In this document: positions 54,809 through 64,000 of the stretch, piece by piece
How positions within the stretch are numbered: the first letter of the stretch is position 1
Layout: every line of letters starts with the position of its first letter
Translations under genes and position numbers: made by a program
The notes under the pieces: model-generated
Database searches by the model: none
Told to the model about the DNA's origin: nothing
The model's input: only the letters and a program-made list of their open reading frames with translations
Origin: Thermoplasmata archaeon
GTDB taxonomy: Archaea > Thermoplasmatota > Thermoplasmata > Lutacidiplasmatales > UBA184
NCBI GenBank assembly: GCA_052326445.1
Contig: JBKQNC010000014.1
Span: forward strand, 12,470 to 76,469
Reading direction: 5' to 3'
DNA: 64,000 nucleotides

Positions 54809-55261
54809 GTGACCGACGGAACCCCGGCGGGACCCTCCTGGCCGGTCCGTCGCCTCTTCTCCGTACCCTATCACGATGTCGATGTACTCAACCACCTCAA
54901 TCATGCCGCCTACTTTCCCTACATGGAGACCCTTCGCTGCGACTACTATCTCCCCCTCCTCGGTACCCCGGACCCGTCGGCGATCGACATCATCATCGCC
55001 GAAGCGACCTGCCGCTACCTCGCTCCGGTCCCGTACGGGGTCGAGCTCTTGGGTGAGATCGCTCCCGCCCGTCCGCTCGGACGCAGCAGCTTCACCCTAC
55101 TCTACCGCTTCACGCTCGCGAATACAACCACCGTCACCGCCCGGGGACGTACCGTCATCGTCACCTACGATTACGCGAACGGCACGAAGAAGGAGATCCC
55201 CGCCGACCGACGGGCCGCGCTCGAACGGGACGCGGTCGACCCCGCGAGCGAAGGCTGGTAG
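54809..55261 (+). CDS. Hotdog-fold acyl-CoA thioesterase (4HBT/YbgC-like)
   Basis: 'YHDVDVLNHLNHAAYFPYMETLRCDYY'. GTG start at 54809 inside ORF 54623..55261. Confidence 0.7.
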   Translation: MTDGTPAGPSWPVRRLFSVPYHDVDVLNHLNHAAYFPYMETLRCDYYLPLLGTPDPSAIDIIIAEATCRYLAPVPYGVELLGEIAPARPLGRSSFTLLYRFTLANTTTVTARGRTVIVTYDYANGTKKEIPADRRAALERDAVDPASEGW

Positions 55262-55303
55262 AACGTTCCAGTGGAAATGGGGGGGTGGGGGGGTCCGGGC
55301 CCA

Positions 55304-55594
55304 CTAGTACCCGGGGTGGGTCCGGCTCCGGCTGATCGGGGGAGGCCACGGGATCGGCTCGATGTACGTCGGGTCTTCCGCGACGGTCTCAATCCGGTAG
55401 AAGACGCCCGTGCCCCGGAGGGCCTCGTGGACCTTCTGGAGCATCGCCTGGAACTCCTCGAGGGTACTCCACTCGAAGGCGAGGTCATGGGGCCCGATGA
55501 TGAAGGAGAGCCCTGCCGTCTGGCGCAGCCGCTCCGAGATCTCGAGCGGAGAGACCCCTTCCGGGGCAAAATAGAGGTCGACGTAGCTGTGCAT
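55304..55594 (-). CDS. Small hypothetical protein
   Basis: 'MHSYVDLYFAPEGVSPLEISERLRQTAGLSFIIGPHDLAFEWSTLEEFQAMLQKVHEALRG' has balanced composition. Confidence 0.4.
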   Translation of the reverse strand: MHSYVDLYFAPEGVSPLEISERLRQTAGLSFIIGPHDLAFEWSTLEEFQAMLQKVHEALRGTGVFYRIETVAEDPTYIEPIPWPPPISRSRTHPGY

Positions 55595-55721
55595 AACCGA
55601 CAAGAGCAAGCAGAAACGCTTGGACCGCCTATTTAATCCAAGCGACAAACCGCGGATTCGGCGCCAAACCGACCCACCCCGTCATGAGGGAACCGGCCTC
55701 GCCTCCCTAGGAGGACGAGAC

Positions 55722-56711
55722 TTGATCTCCGCGACACCGGCGGACCTTCTCCTCGTCGCCGCCGCGCTCGCGTTCGCCTGGAGCATCGGGGCCCACTACA
55801 CTGGCGCGTGCATGGGAATGGCCTACGCCTCGGGCGCGATCCGCCGGGACCGGGCCCTCCTCTCGATGGCCCTCCTCACGGCGATCGGCGCCGCGGTGGC
55901 GAGCGGCCGGGTCGTCGGGAACATCGGCCTGAACCTGATCGGGACCGCCGACCTCTCCGTCTCGGCGGCCGCGGCTGTGATCCTGGTGGCGTTCGCGCTG
56001 ACGACCGCCTACAACTACCTCAAGGTTCCGACCTCCACAATCCAGATCTTCGTCTTCTCGCTCATCGGCGTGGCGCTGGGCGCGAACCTACCGGTCCACT
56101 GGCAGAACCTGGGCACCCTCGTCGAGATCTGGGTGGCGGCTCCCCTCGCGGCCCTCGGTCTCGGCTTCCTCCTGACCCGCCTTCTATCGAGGGGGGGCCC
56201 GGTCGGGGCCTCTTCGGCCGAAGCTCCGCACTGGAGCCTCCAACTCGCCCCCCTCCTGGTCGTCATGGGGTTGGCCGCCTCGTTCGCGATGGGCGCCAAC
56301 GATGTGGCGAACGCGACCGCGGTGTTCGTCGCGACCGGGCTCACCGGCGTCGTGGTCGCCGGAGTGATCGGAGGGATCGCCCTCGCCGTGGGCGTCGTCA
56401 CATGGGGAAGCCGTCTCCTCTCCACCGTCGCGTTCGACATCGTCCACCTGGATGGGCGCATGGCGGTCGCGGCTCAGGCCGCGCAAGCGACCGTGATCCT
56501 CGTCGCGGTCGTGTTGGCAGGTGCCTTCACGTCGATGAACCAGGCGTTGATTGGAGGGATGGCCGGCGCCGGGCTCGCCCGAGGGGAACGCACGATCCAC
56601 TGGCCCACCCTGCGAGGGATCCTGATCGGATGGGCCGTCGGACCTGTGTCGGGCCTCCTGGCCGGTCTCGGCGCGATCGGGGCCATGGGGGCCCTCGGCA
56701 TTCATGTTTAG
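55722..56711 (+). CDS. Inorganic phosphate transporter, PiT family
   Basis: 'FAWSIGAHYTGACMGMAYASGAI' and 'FAMGANDVANATAVFV' PiT signatures; TTG start inferred. Confidence 0.8.
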   Translation: MISATPADLLLVAAALAFAWSIGAHYTGACMGMAYASGAIRRDRALLSMALLTAIGAAVASGRVVGNIGLNLIGTADLSVSAAAAVILVAFALTTAYNYLKVPTSTIQIFVFSLIGVALGANLPVHWQNLGTLVEIWVAAPLAALGLGFLLTRLLSRGGPVGASSAEAPHWSLQLAPLLVVMGLAASFAMGANDVANATAVFVATGLTGVVVAGVIGGIALAVGVVTWGSRLLSTVAFDIVHLDGRMAVAAQAAQATVILVAVVLAGAFTSMNQALIGGMAGAGLARGERTIHWPTLRGILIGWAVGPVSGLLAGLGAIGAMGALGIHV

Positions 56712-57213
56712 AGGAAGACCGAGGAGAAGGGGCACCGACGACGGGACGTCCGTCGCGGCGGCGTGCTAGGCCAGCAGGATTGCCGCCCGAACAGGCTTCA
56801 CGGAGACCCCACACACCCCTCGGTCCCGTGGACCCGCCGACGTCTACGAGTCACGGTAAGGCTGCTCCCGTCAGGACCTGACCCGGTGCCCGTGATGGAT
56901 AACCGCTAGGGCACTCCTCCGAGTGCCCGTCGCGATGCCCGCGGCTCAGCGGAACAGGACGTCTACGAGGCAATGTGGGACGTGAAACCCGCTCGAACGT
57001 CGCTCCTGCTTGTCACCCCCGCTAAGGACGGTTTCGGTGTGTAAGGGGACGCCCAACCCCCCGGTCTAGCCTAGCGAATCCACGACGCCGGGGCTCGTAC
57101 TTAGCACTTGGTCCATCACGCCGGCAGGCCCTCGCCCTCGAAACCGTGCCTGTCGAAGGGTTAATCCCCCCCGGAGACGGCTCCCCTCTACCTCGCGGCC
57201 TGGGGAGCGGACG

Positions 57214-60200
57214 ATGCAAGCGAAGCGAACGGCCCGTACGTGGATAGTTTCTGGTCTGATCGTGTTCGCCCTCCTCGGGCTCGTGGCGGTTCCCCTCGGG
57301 GCCGCGCCCGCGCACGCTGCGACGGGAACTCTTGGGGCGGAGCGGGTTACGCCGGCCCTGGTGCCGTCCGGCTCCGTGGCGCCGCCGGGCGTCGCGGGCC
57401 TCTCCGTGCTCTCGACCGTCGGCATCACGCTGAATGAGACCGTCCCGGGCAACGTCACCTACCTCACGGTCAACGCGCCCAACTCGATCGTCTTCGACTC
57501 CGACAACGGCTACCTCTACGTGTCCGGGGCCACGCCGTTCATTGGGGTCGCCAACGCCGCCACCTACGTCCCCGTCAAGATCCTGCACAGTGGGTCGGGA
57601 ACCCCCACTGGCGGCCTCATCTACAGCGCCTCCAGCCAGGACGTGTACGCCGCGAACCCCGGCACGTCGACGGTCACGGTGGTCGGGCCCTCGAACTCAA
57701 TCGTCGCGAACGTGACGGTGGGGACGAACCCGGTCGCCCTCGTCTACAGCCCGAGCTCGGACGACGTGTACGTCGCCGATGCGGGGGCCAACGAGGTCAC
57801 GGTGCTCGACTCGTCCAACGCGGTCGTCGCCACCCTTTCGGTGGGGACGGACCCGGTGGCGTTGGGGTACGACCCCGCCGACGGGGATGTCTACGTCGCG
57901 AACCACGGCTCCTCGGATGTCAGTGTCATCTCCTCCGCGAACGCCGTCACGGCGACCGTCGGGGCCGGCAACGAGCCGACCGCCGTCGGCTACAGCCCTT
58001 CCTCGTCGGACATGTACGTCACGAACGCGGTGTCGGACAACCTGACCGTGATCTCCGGGACGGCGAGCGTGGCGTCCGTCTCGACGCTCGGGGACCCGAC
58101 CGCGCTGGGATACAGTCCCGCCTCGACGGACCTCTATGTCGCCGACACGGGGGCCTCCACCGTGACGATCGTCGACCCGGGGAATTCCGTGATCGGGCAT
58201 CTCACCGTAGGAGCCGGCCCGGACGCGTTCGCCTACAACCCGGAGAGCCGGACCTTGGTCGTCGGCAACGGTGGCGAGACGAACGCCTCGGTCCTCACCG
58301 AGGACAACACCGTCGCGGGCTCCGCGCGGCTCGGTGTGGGCCCCGTCAGCTTGGTCTACGACCCGACCTCGGAGAACGTGACGGGGGTGGGGCCCCAGTT
58401 CGCCGGGGTCGCGGCGGTCTACGCCCAGTTCGGACCGCTCTACGGTCTGGAAGGGCCGAGCGGGCCCGGCGACTCGACCTTTGCGGGAGGCGTTTACAGC
58501 CCGATCACGCAGGAGACCTACTTCACCGGGTACGGCTACGCGTCCGTGTTTGCGTATGAAGCGAACTTCAACTACGGACCCTTCATCACCGTCGGGGACG
58601 AACCGACTGCGATCGCCTACAGCCCGACGACGGAGGACCTCTACGTCACCGATTCCGGCGCGAGCAATGTGTCCATCATCGGGCCGCAGGACACCGTGAT
58701 CAAGACCCTCCATGTGGGCGATAACCCCGACATGGTGGCCTACAGCCCGACCACCCACGACATGTACGTCGCGAACGCGGGGACCGACAACGTCACGGTG
58801 ATCGGGACCTCCAACACGATCGTCGCGACCCTGGTGGTGGGGTACTATCCCAGCAACGTGGGGTACAGCCCGCAGTCGACCGACATGTACGTCATCAACG
58901 AGGAATCGGACAACGTCACCGTCATCAGCCCGTCCAACGTCGACCTCGTGAACATCACGGTCGGGATCGTCCCGTACGCGTTCGCCTACAGCCCGACCAC
59001 CGGGGATGTTTACGTCGCGAATGCCCTCTCGGACAACGTGACCGAGATCCTCCCGGACAACATGGTCAACGGGGGCGGGATCGAGGTCGGGGAGTTCCCC
59101 GTCGCGATGACGTACAGCGCCGCCACGGGCGACCTCTACGTCGCCAACGAGGCCGGTGCGAACGTCACCGTGATCGCCCCCTCCGGTAGCACCGCGAGCC
59201 TTCCCGCCGGTGACTACCCCTTCTCGCTCACGTACGACCCCGGACTCGAGGACGTGATCGTCGTGAACTACCTCGGGGAGAACGCGACCGTTTACGGTCC
59301 GTTGAACACGGTCGTCGCGAACCTACCGACCTTGACGGAGCCGACGTTCACCGTCGTCAACGCGGCGAACGGGGTCGTCTACATCTCCGACTACGGCTCG
59401 GACGAGATCTCGACCTACGGCTTCCAGACAGGGGGCGGGTACTTCTGGTCCGGCCCCGAGCAGGCCGTCTACAGTCCCACGACCGAGGACGTCTACGTTC
59501 TCGACCTCTACGACAACAACGTCACGGTCATCGGACCGAACGACCAGATCGTGGCGAACTTCTCCTTCCCGGGCTACCTCTCCGGGCTCGCCTACAGTCC
59601 CGTGACCCAGGACGTCTACGTCTTGGGGTCCGTCGTGACGGTCATCGGTCCCCACAACACGGTCCTCACCACCCTGCCCGCGGGCTCCGACGCGACGTCG
59701 ATCGCCTTCGGGCCCGCGTCCGGGGACATCTACGTCGCCACCGGAGTGAACGTGACGGCCATTGGCAGCTCGAACACGTTGGTGGCGACCATTGGCACCG
59801 GGGGCCACCCGTCCGAGCTCCTGTACGACCCCGCCTCCGACGAGATGCTCGTGGCGAACGACTACGGTGGCAACGTCACCGCGATCGCCGCCGACAACAC
59901 CGTCGCCGCCGTGATTTCCATCCCGACCTTCGACCCGTACTCCAACGGGAACCCGTTCGTCTACGACGCGGCGACCGGGGACGTCGCCCTCGCCGACGGG
60001 TATGGGGAGGGCGTGAGCTTCATCGGCGCCTCGAACACCGTCGTAGGGTTCGCCTCGACCGGCGTCACCCTTTCGTTGCAGGTCGCCTACAGCCCGGTGA
60101 CCCAGGACGTCTACGCATTGAACAACCTCGCCTCGAACCGCTCGCTCGAGAACGTGACGGTCATCAACGGCGCCTTCCACCAGGTCGCCAACCTGCCGTC

Positions 60201-61119
60201 GGCCCCGATCGATTGGGTGGGCTACTGGCCGGGCGCCCAGGCGATTGCGCTCGACGAGTCCCCCTACACGAGCGTGACCCTCCTCGGGGCCGCGAACACC
60301 CCTATCGGCAGTCTCCCCCTCGGCTCCGTTCCGGAGGTGGGCGTCTACTCGAACGCGACGGGGGATCAGTTCGTGCCGAATGAAGGATCGGGGACGGTCT
60401 CGATCGTCGGCCATGCCTTCACGGTCACGGTCGAAGAGCAGGGGCTGCCCTCGGGGACCGCCTGGTCGGCGACCGTCAACGGAGCCACGAACGTCTCGAC
60501 CGGCGCTTCGATGATCTGGTGGTTCGGCAACGGCTCCTACTCGTTCACTCCCGGGGCGGTGCCCGGGTACGTCGCAACCCCCTCAGGGGGTACGGCGACC
60601 GTGAACGGAGCCGCCGTGACGGAGAAGATCACTTACTCCACGGTGGCGCCCGCGACCTACGCGGTGACATTCACCGAGTCGGGGCTGCCCGGCGGGTCCA
60701 GTTGGTCCGTGACGCTCAACGGGACTCCATCCTCGGGCACCGGCACCTCGATCGCGTCCGCGAGCCTGCCGAACGGTACGTACACGTTCTCGGTCGCGTC
60801 GGTGGCCGGGTATACCGCGAACCGCACCAGCGGCACCGTCCATGTAGAGGGCGCCGCCGTCACCGTCCTGATCGCGTTCACCACCGTAGTTCCCCAGCAG
60901 ACTTCGGCGGCCCCCGGACCCCCGATCTGGCTCTGGGCCGTGATCGCGGTCGTCATCGTGGCGGTGATCGCGGTCGTCGCCCTGCTCCTGATGCGACGGC
61001 GGAAGCCGTCCGCGACCGCCCCGCCCGGGAACTCGGGCTCCGCCGCCCCGGGCGCTCCGCTCCCACCGCCCGCGGGCCCGCCACCGGGCGCGTCCGGCCC
61101 GCCGCCCGGCGCGGTGTAA
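57214..61119 (+). CDS. Giant surface protein with YVTN-family beta-propeller repeats, signal peptide, C-terminal TM anchor and Pro-rich cytoplasmic tail
   Basis: Signal 'WIVSGLIVFALLGLVAVPLGAAPAHA'. About 25 repeats of '...DxYVAN/YVTD...NVTVI'. C-terminal 'IWLWAVIAVVIVAVIAVVALLLMRRRK' then 'PPGNSGSAAPGAPLPPPAGPPPGASGPPPGAV'. Confidence 0.75.
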   Translation: MQAKRTARTWIVSGLIVFALLGLVAVPLGAAPAHAATGTLGAERVTPALVPSGSVAPPGVAGLSVLSTVGITLNETVPGNVTYLTVNAPNSIVFDSDNGYLYVSGATPFIGVANAATYVPVKILHSGSGTPTGGLIYSASSQDVYAANPGTSTVTVVGPSNSIVANVTVGTNPVALVYSPSSDDVYVADAGANEVTVLDSSNAVVATLSVGTDPVALGYDPADGDVYVANHGSSDVSVISSANAVTATVGAGNEPTAVGYSPSSSDMYVTNAVSDNLTVISGTASVASVSTLGDPTALGYSPASTDLYVADTGASTVTIVDPGNSVIGHLTVGAGPDAFAYNPESRTLVVGNGGETNASVLTEDNTVAGSARLGVGPVSLVYDPTSENVTGVGPQFAGVAAVYAQFGPLYGLEGPSGPGDSTFAGGVYSPITQETYFTGYGYASVFAYEANFNYGPFITVGDEPTAIAYSPTTEDLYVTDSGASNVSIIGPQDTVIKTLHVGDNPDMVAYSPTTHDMYVANAGTDNVTVIGTSNTIVATLVVGYYPSNVGYSPQSTDMYVINEESDNVTVISPSNVDLVNITVGIVPYAFAYSPTTGDVYVANALSDNVTEILPDNMVNGGGIEVGEFPVAMTYSAATGDLYVANEAGANVTVIAPSGSTASLPAGDYPFSLTYDPGLEDVIVVNYLGENATVYGPLNTVVANLPTLTEPTFTVVNAANGVVYISDYGSDEISTYGFQTGGGYFWSGPEQAVYSPTTEDVYVLDLYDNNVTVIGPNDQIVANFSFPGYLSGLAYSPVTQDVYVLGSVVTVIGPHNTVLTTLPAGSDATSIAFGPASGDIYVATGVNVTAIGSSNTLVATIGTGGHPSELLYDPASDEMLVANDYGGNVTAIAADNTVAAVISIPTFDPYSNGNPFVYDAATGDVALADGYGEGVSFIGASNTVVGFASTGVTLSLQVAYSPVTQDVYALNNLASNRSLENVTVINGAFHQVANLPSAPIDWVGYWPGAQAIALDESPYTSVTLLGAANTPIGSLPLGSVPEVGVYSNATGDQFVPNEGSGTVSIVGHAFTVTVEEQGLPSGTAWSATVNGATNVSTGASMIWWFGNGSYSFTPGAVPGYVATPSGGTATVNGAAVTEKITYSTVAPATYAVTFTESGLPGGSSWSVTLNGTPSSGTGTSIASASLPNGTYTFSVASVAGYTANRTSGTVHVEGAAVTVLIAFTTVVPQQTSAAPGPPIWLWAVIAVVIVAVIAVVALLLMRRRKPSATAPPGNSGSAAPGAPLPPPAGPPPGASGPPPGAV

Positions 61120-61182
61120 GAGCCCGCCCGAACGAGGTCGACGACCCCGAGCTCGTCCCGCGTCGCGGGAGGTTGCCCGCGC

Positions 61183-63450
61183 CTAGCGGATGTGGTCGAG
61201 GCTGAACGAGCCCAGGTTGAGCGAGCGCTTGGTGAAGGTGTAGCCGATCCAGGCGCGCGACTGGGCCTCGCCGATCCCGCGGACGCTCAAGAACGTCTTC
61301 AGCTGCTCGACCTTCAGGTTGACCGAGCCGTCGACCATGTGCTCCAGGGTCTCGAGGTCCGCGTCCGAGTGCATGCCGGTCTCGAGGACGTAGTAGGCGG
61401 CGGCCCCGTCGATCTTCCGGCGGCCGATGAACGGTTGGAGGAAGCGGAACGTCGCGGAGGAGTCGAGGTAGGCGGTCACGGTCGAGACCGATTCGAAGAT
61501 GAGCCGGTAGGAGGGGTAGCGGCCCTTCAGCTCCTCCGTGAACCCGTTCACCGTGGACGCGAGCTGGTCGAGCACCCCCTTGTCCGTGGAGGAGAGGAGC
61601 CGCACGCCGGGCCCGGACGCGGTCGATCCGACGCTGCGAGAGTACATGTCGACGAACCGCACGAGGCCGTTCTTCTCGGCCTCCGCGTAGTTGGGAACGA
61701 GTGCGGTCAGGTCGTCCTTGACCTGGCCCCACGTCTTGTCGGTGACGACCCAGATCGACGGGATGCCGGCCTTCAAGCCCTCCGCGGAGAAGAGGCGGGC
61801 CAGCACCTCCTTCCCCGTGTGGGCCGGGCCGTTGACGAGCATCTGGGCGCCTGCGGGGAACCCGCCGAAGACGAGGTCGTCCAAGCGTCGGACTCCGCTC
61901 TTGACCTTGACCTCGTGGACGTCGGCGACGGCCTCCCGGTGCATCTGGTCGGCCTCGACCTCAGCGGCCTTCCCGGCGAGCTTCTCGAGGTCGGCCATCT
62001 TCTCGCGCAGCGCGGTCTCCCGGTTCCGGAGGTCCTCCTCCTTCTGGGCGAGTTGGTGGCGCAGGTCCTCGATCCGGCGGGACTCGTCGGACGCGGAGAC
62101 GGAGCCACCCGCGGCGACCTCGCGTCGGATCTCCTCGAGACGGCGACCCTCTATCTCGAGCGCCTGCTTCCGGGTCGCGAGCTGCTGCTCGTAGACCCCG
62201 AGCTCCCGCTCCTTGAACTCGAGCGGGGAGCGGCGGCGCTCGATCTCGTCGGTCTGGATCCGGATCTCCTCGAATCGGGTGCGGAGCGCGTTCTCCCGGC
62301 CGACGAGGTCCTTCTCGCGCGAATCGACCTCGGCGAGGCGTTGCTCCACCTCGGCGGAGAGGGCGGCCGGCCCACTCGCGAGCATCGTCTCGCGCTCGTG
62401 GACGCGGTCGGCCTCCGCCCGGAGGTTCCGTACGTCGCCTTCGAGCTGGACGATGCGCCGACGGAGCTCGGTCTCCCGTTCGATGTACTCGTGCTCCCGC
62501 TGGGAGAACTCTTCCCGCAATCGGGCGTCGACCTCGCGGGCGACCTTCTCGGCGGCGTCAGCGGTCGCGCGCGGGGACGTGGTGGCCGCCGACGGGATGC
62601 CGCTCGCGGCCTCCGCGGCGCGGACCCCCTCGACGCCTTCCAGGGCGAGGAGACGAAGTTTGAGTTCGGCGAGCTCGTCCTCCTTTCCGCGGAGGGCGAT
62701 CTCGCGTTCCTTGGCCTCGCGGCCGCGGACGTACTTGATGACGGCGATCGAGCCGCGCTTCACGTGCTCGATCTCGTCCTCGAGCTGCTTGCGCCGGGCC
62801 CGCTCGTCGAAGAGCTGGCGGTGGAGTTCCTGAGTCTCCTGGATCATGGTCGACGGGTCGAACTGGTCGCTCTTCACCCGGTCGAGGAGGCCGGTCAGCC
62901 AGCGGACGACCGTCTCCTCGCGCTCGAGGGCGGTGCCCGCGGAGGCATCGACCGGACGGACCAGGGCCGGCGTGGGCTCGACCGGCCGCACGGGGGCCGG
63001 AGCGGAGGAGGTCGGGCTCGGTGGGAGGGCCGCATGGGATTCATCGGAGGAACGGATCCAGTCCTCCATCGCACGGTCGTCCCCGCCCACCCACTTGCGA
63101 AGCACATCGGAGGACTCCTTCGGGGAGGAGGCGGCCCGTTTCCGCCGGCCCCGCTCGGGGCGATGCACGGTCCCGACCCACTTCTCGACGATCTGGTCGG
63201 AGTCGAGCGGGGACGGTTTTCCCGCGGCCGAGGATCCGGTACGGAGCCGGGCGATCTCCCCCGCCGGCACCCCCGCGTCGGCGAGGTCGGAGTCGGCCAG
63301 GCGTCGGACCGCTTCGGGCGAGGTATGTCCGGCCCGGACGAGCGCTTCGGCGGCCTCCGGGGCGATGCCCAGCGCTTCGGCGAGCGCGGTGGCTTTCGGT
63401 GACCGGGCCGGGAGGCTCACCGTACCCGAGGTCTCCGTCGTACCGTCCAT
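61183..63450 (-). CDS. KaiC/RecA-superfamily ATPase with a long (~450 aa) N-terminal coiled coil and an N-terminal HhH-like segment
   Basis: C-terminal 'VRRLDDLVFGGFPAGAQMLVNGPAHTGKEVLARLF' (KaiC/RadA-like P-loop). Residues ~190-520 are heptad-rich ('EIEHVKRG...LKLRLLALEG...RLREEFSQREHEYIERETELRRRIVQLEGDVRNLRAEA...'). Confidence 0.7.
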   Translation of the reverse strand: MDGTTETSGTVSLPARSPKATALAEALGIAPEAAEALVRAGHTSPEAVRRLADSDLADAGVPAGEIARLRTGSSAAGKPSPLDSDQIVEKWVGTVHRPERGRRKRAASSPKESSDVLRKWVGGDDRAMEDWIRSSDESHAALPPSPTSSAPAPVRPVEPTPALVRPVDASAGTALEREETVVRWLTGLLDRVKSDQFDPSTMIQETQELHRQLFDERARRKQLEDEIEHVKRGSIAVIKYVRGREAKEREIALRGKEDELAELKLRLLALEGVEGVRAAEAASGIPSAATTSPRATADAAEKVAREVDARLREEFSQREHEYIERETELRRRIVQLEGDVRNLRAEADRVHERETMLASGPAALSAEVEQRLAEVDSREKDLVGRENALRTRFEEIRIQTDEIERRRSPLEFKERELGVYEQQLATRKQALEIEGRRLEEIRREVAAGGSVSASDESRRIEDLRHQLAQKEEDLRNRETALREKMADLEKLAGKAAEVEADQMHREAVADVHEVKVKSGVRRLDDLVFGGFPAGAQMLVNGPAHTGKEVLARLFSAEGLKAGIPSIWVVTDKTWGQVKDDLTALVPNYAEAEKNGLVRFVDMYSRSVGSTASGPGVRLLSSTDKGVLDQLASTVNGFTEELKGRYPSYRLIFESVSTVTAYLDSSATFRFLQPFIGRRKIDGAAAYYVLETGMHSDADLETLEHMVDGSVNLKVEQLKTFLSVRGIGEAQSRAWIGYTFTKRSLNLGSFSLDHIR

Positions 63451-63565
63451 CGCCGTGGGAATGATAACTAGCGCGTGGGGGGGTTTAATCTATCCTCCGG
63501 TCGGCGAAGCACTCCCCGCCCGCTCCCGACCACCCCCTAAATACCGGGCCGGCTCCTCTCTGCCC

Positions 63566-64000
63566 GTGGACCTCGAGCACCGCATCGACCAAGTCACCCG
63601 ACACACCTCCGAGGTGCTGACCCCCGACGAGGTGCGTGCCCTGCTCGCCGGGAACGACCGTCCCCGGGCGTACATCGGGTTCGAACCCTCCGGCGCGCTG
63701 ACGGTAGCCCACCTGATCACGGCGCACAAGATCATCGACCTCGCCGACGCCGGGATTGACGTCACGGTCTTCCTCGCGGACTGGCACTCGTGGATCAACG
63801 ACAAGCTCGGTGGCGACCTCGCGCGGATCGAGGCAAGCGGCCGGTACATGCAGGCCGCCTTTACCGCGCTCGGGGCCGACCCCGACCGCGTGCGCTACCG
63901 CTGGGCCCACGAGCTCACCGGCTCCTCCGACTATTGGGCACGGGTCGTTCGGGTCGGGAAGGCGACGAGCCTCGCCCGCACGAAGCGGGCGATGTCGATC
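63566..64000 (+). CDS. tyrS: Tyrosine--tRNA ligase (archaeal type), 5' part; continues beyond the window
   Basis: 'YIGFEPSGALTVAHLITAHKIIDLADAGIDVTVFLADWHSWINDK' is the HIGH-region equivalent of archaeal TyrRS. GTG start; TATA-like 'cctaaatacc' about 25 bp upstream. Confidence 0.8.
   Translation, partial: MDLEHRIDQVTRHTSEVLTPDEVRALLAGNDRPRAYIGFEPSGALTVAHLITAHKIIDLADAGIDVTVFLADWHSWINDKLGGDLARIEASGRYMQAAFTALGADPDRVRYRWAHELTGSSDYWARVVRVGKATSLARTKRAMSI

Noticed and set aside
61192-63402. 736-aa plus-strand ORF
   Set aside because: Antisense to the KaiC-like coiled-coil gene. The coiled-coil codon bias (GAG/CTC/CGC) keeps the antisense frame open, and the product is Leu/Gly/Arg/Asp-rich without motifs.
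1-64000. CRISPR arrays, rRNA genes, IS elements with terminal inverted repeats
   Set aside because: No regularly spaced direct repeats, no rRNA-like conserved stretches, and no transposase-like ORFs were seen on inspection. Only the repeats reported above were found.

Overview
High-GC (roughly two-thirds G+C by eye) chromosomal window that looks archaeal. The main evidence: palindromic TATA-like boxes about 27-35 bp upstream of start codons (leaderless-type promoters), a class II tRNA-Leu without encoded CCA, an Lrp/AsnC regulator divergent from glnA, DhnA-type aldolase, MvhD/HdrA-type proteins, and large N-glycosylation-sequon-rich surface proteins with YVTN beta-propeller repeats and C-terminal TM anchors. 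The supplied ORF track translates GTG/TTG starts as M, and several calls use internal starts. The high G+C generates many long Arg/Pro/Gly-rich antisense ORFs that I treat as artefacts. Gene content, in order:

- 1-7.3 kb: an amino-group catabolism cluster with two class III aminotransferases, an amidohydrolase and two aldehyde dehydrogenases.
- 7.4-13.7 kb: an Opp/Dpp-type ABC transporter; the substrate-binding protein is convergent with a permease/ATPase operon.
- 13.8-15.5 kb: a third class III (HemL-like) aminotransferase carrying an unusual Lys/Glu/Pro-repeat N-terminal extension encoded by tandem ~21-nt repeats.
- 15.7-22.6 kb: a saccharopine-dehydrogenase-family gene, a second amidohydrolase, glnA with a divergent lrp, a SRPBCC protein and a DhnA-type aldolase.
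- 22.6-26.5 kb: a tRNA-Leu(CAG) locus flanked by degenerate partial copies of itself, including a duplicated promoter plus 5' part upstream and a 3' T-arm/acceptor copy downstream. It also holds tRNA-like fragments, a RelE/antitoxin pair and ORF debris, consistent with decayed integrated elements at a tRNA hotspot.
- 27.5-35.2 kb: a tightly overlapping 9-gene minus-strand operon with HdrB-like, HdrC-like, a small wH protein, HdrA, an HdrA with a complete GltD/NfnB-type NAD(P)H module inserted, MvhD, TusA, ArsR and DsrE-like. This is a heterodisulfide-reductase-like / sulfur-relay system of atypical composition, and it is the most interesting candidate in the window.
- 35.3-44.1 kb: a CoxS/CoxL-type molybdenum hydroxylase with no FAD subunit, a CoxG-like SRPBCC paralog, dienelactone hydrolase, Fe-ADH, PhoU(AbrB), and a MOFRL glycerate kinase.
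- 44.8-50.4 kb: an HxlR regulator with a perfect operator palindrome, about 1 kb of GC-rich sequence without credible CDS, a large FtsK/HerA/TraD-like P-loop ATPase, LigT/ThpR, and an AlkA-like glycosylase.
- 50.5-64 kb: two giant surface glycoproteins, glyA, a hotdog thioesterase, a PiT phosphate transporter, a KaiC-like ATPase with a roughly 500-aa coiled coil, and the start of tyrosyl-tRNA synthetase.

No rRNA genes or CRISPR arrays were seen. Coordinates derived by reading nucleotides by eye could be off by a few bases.
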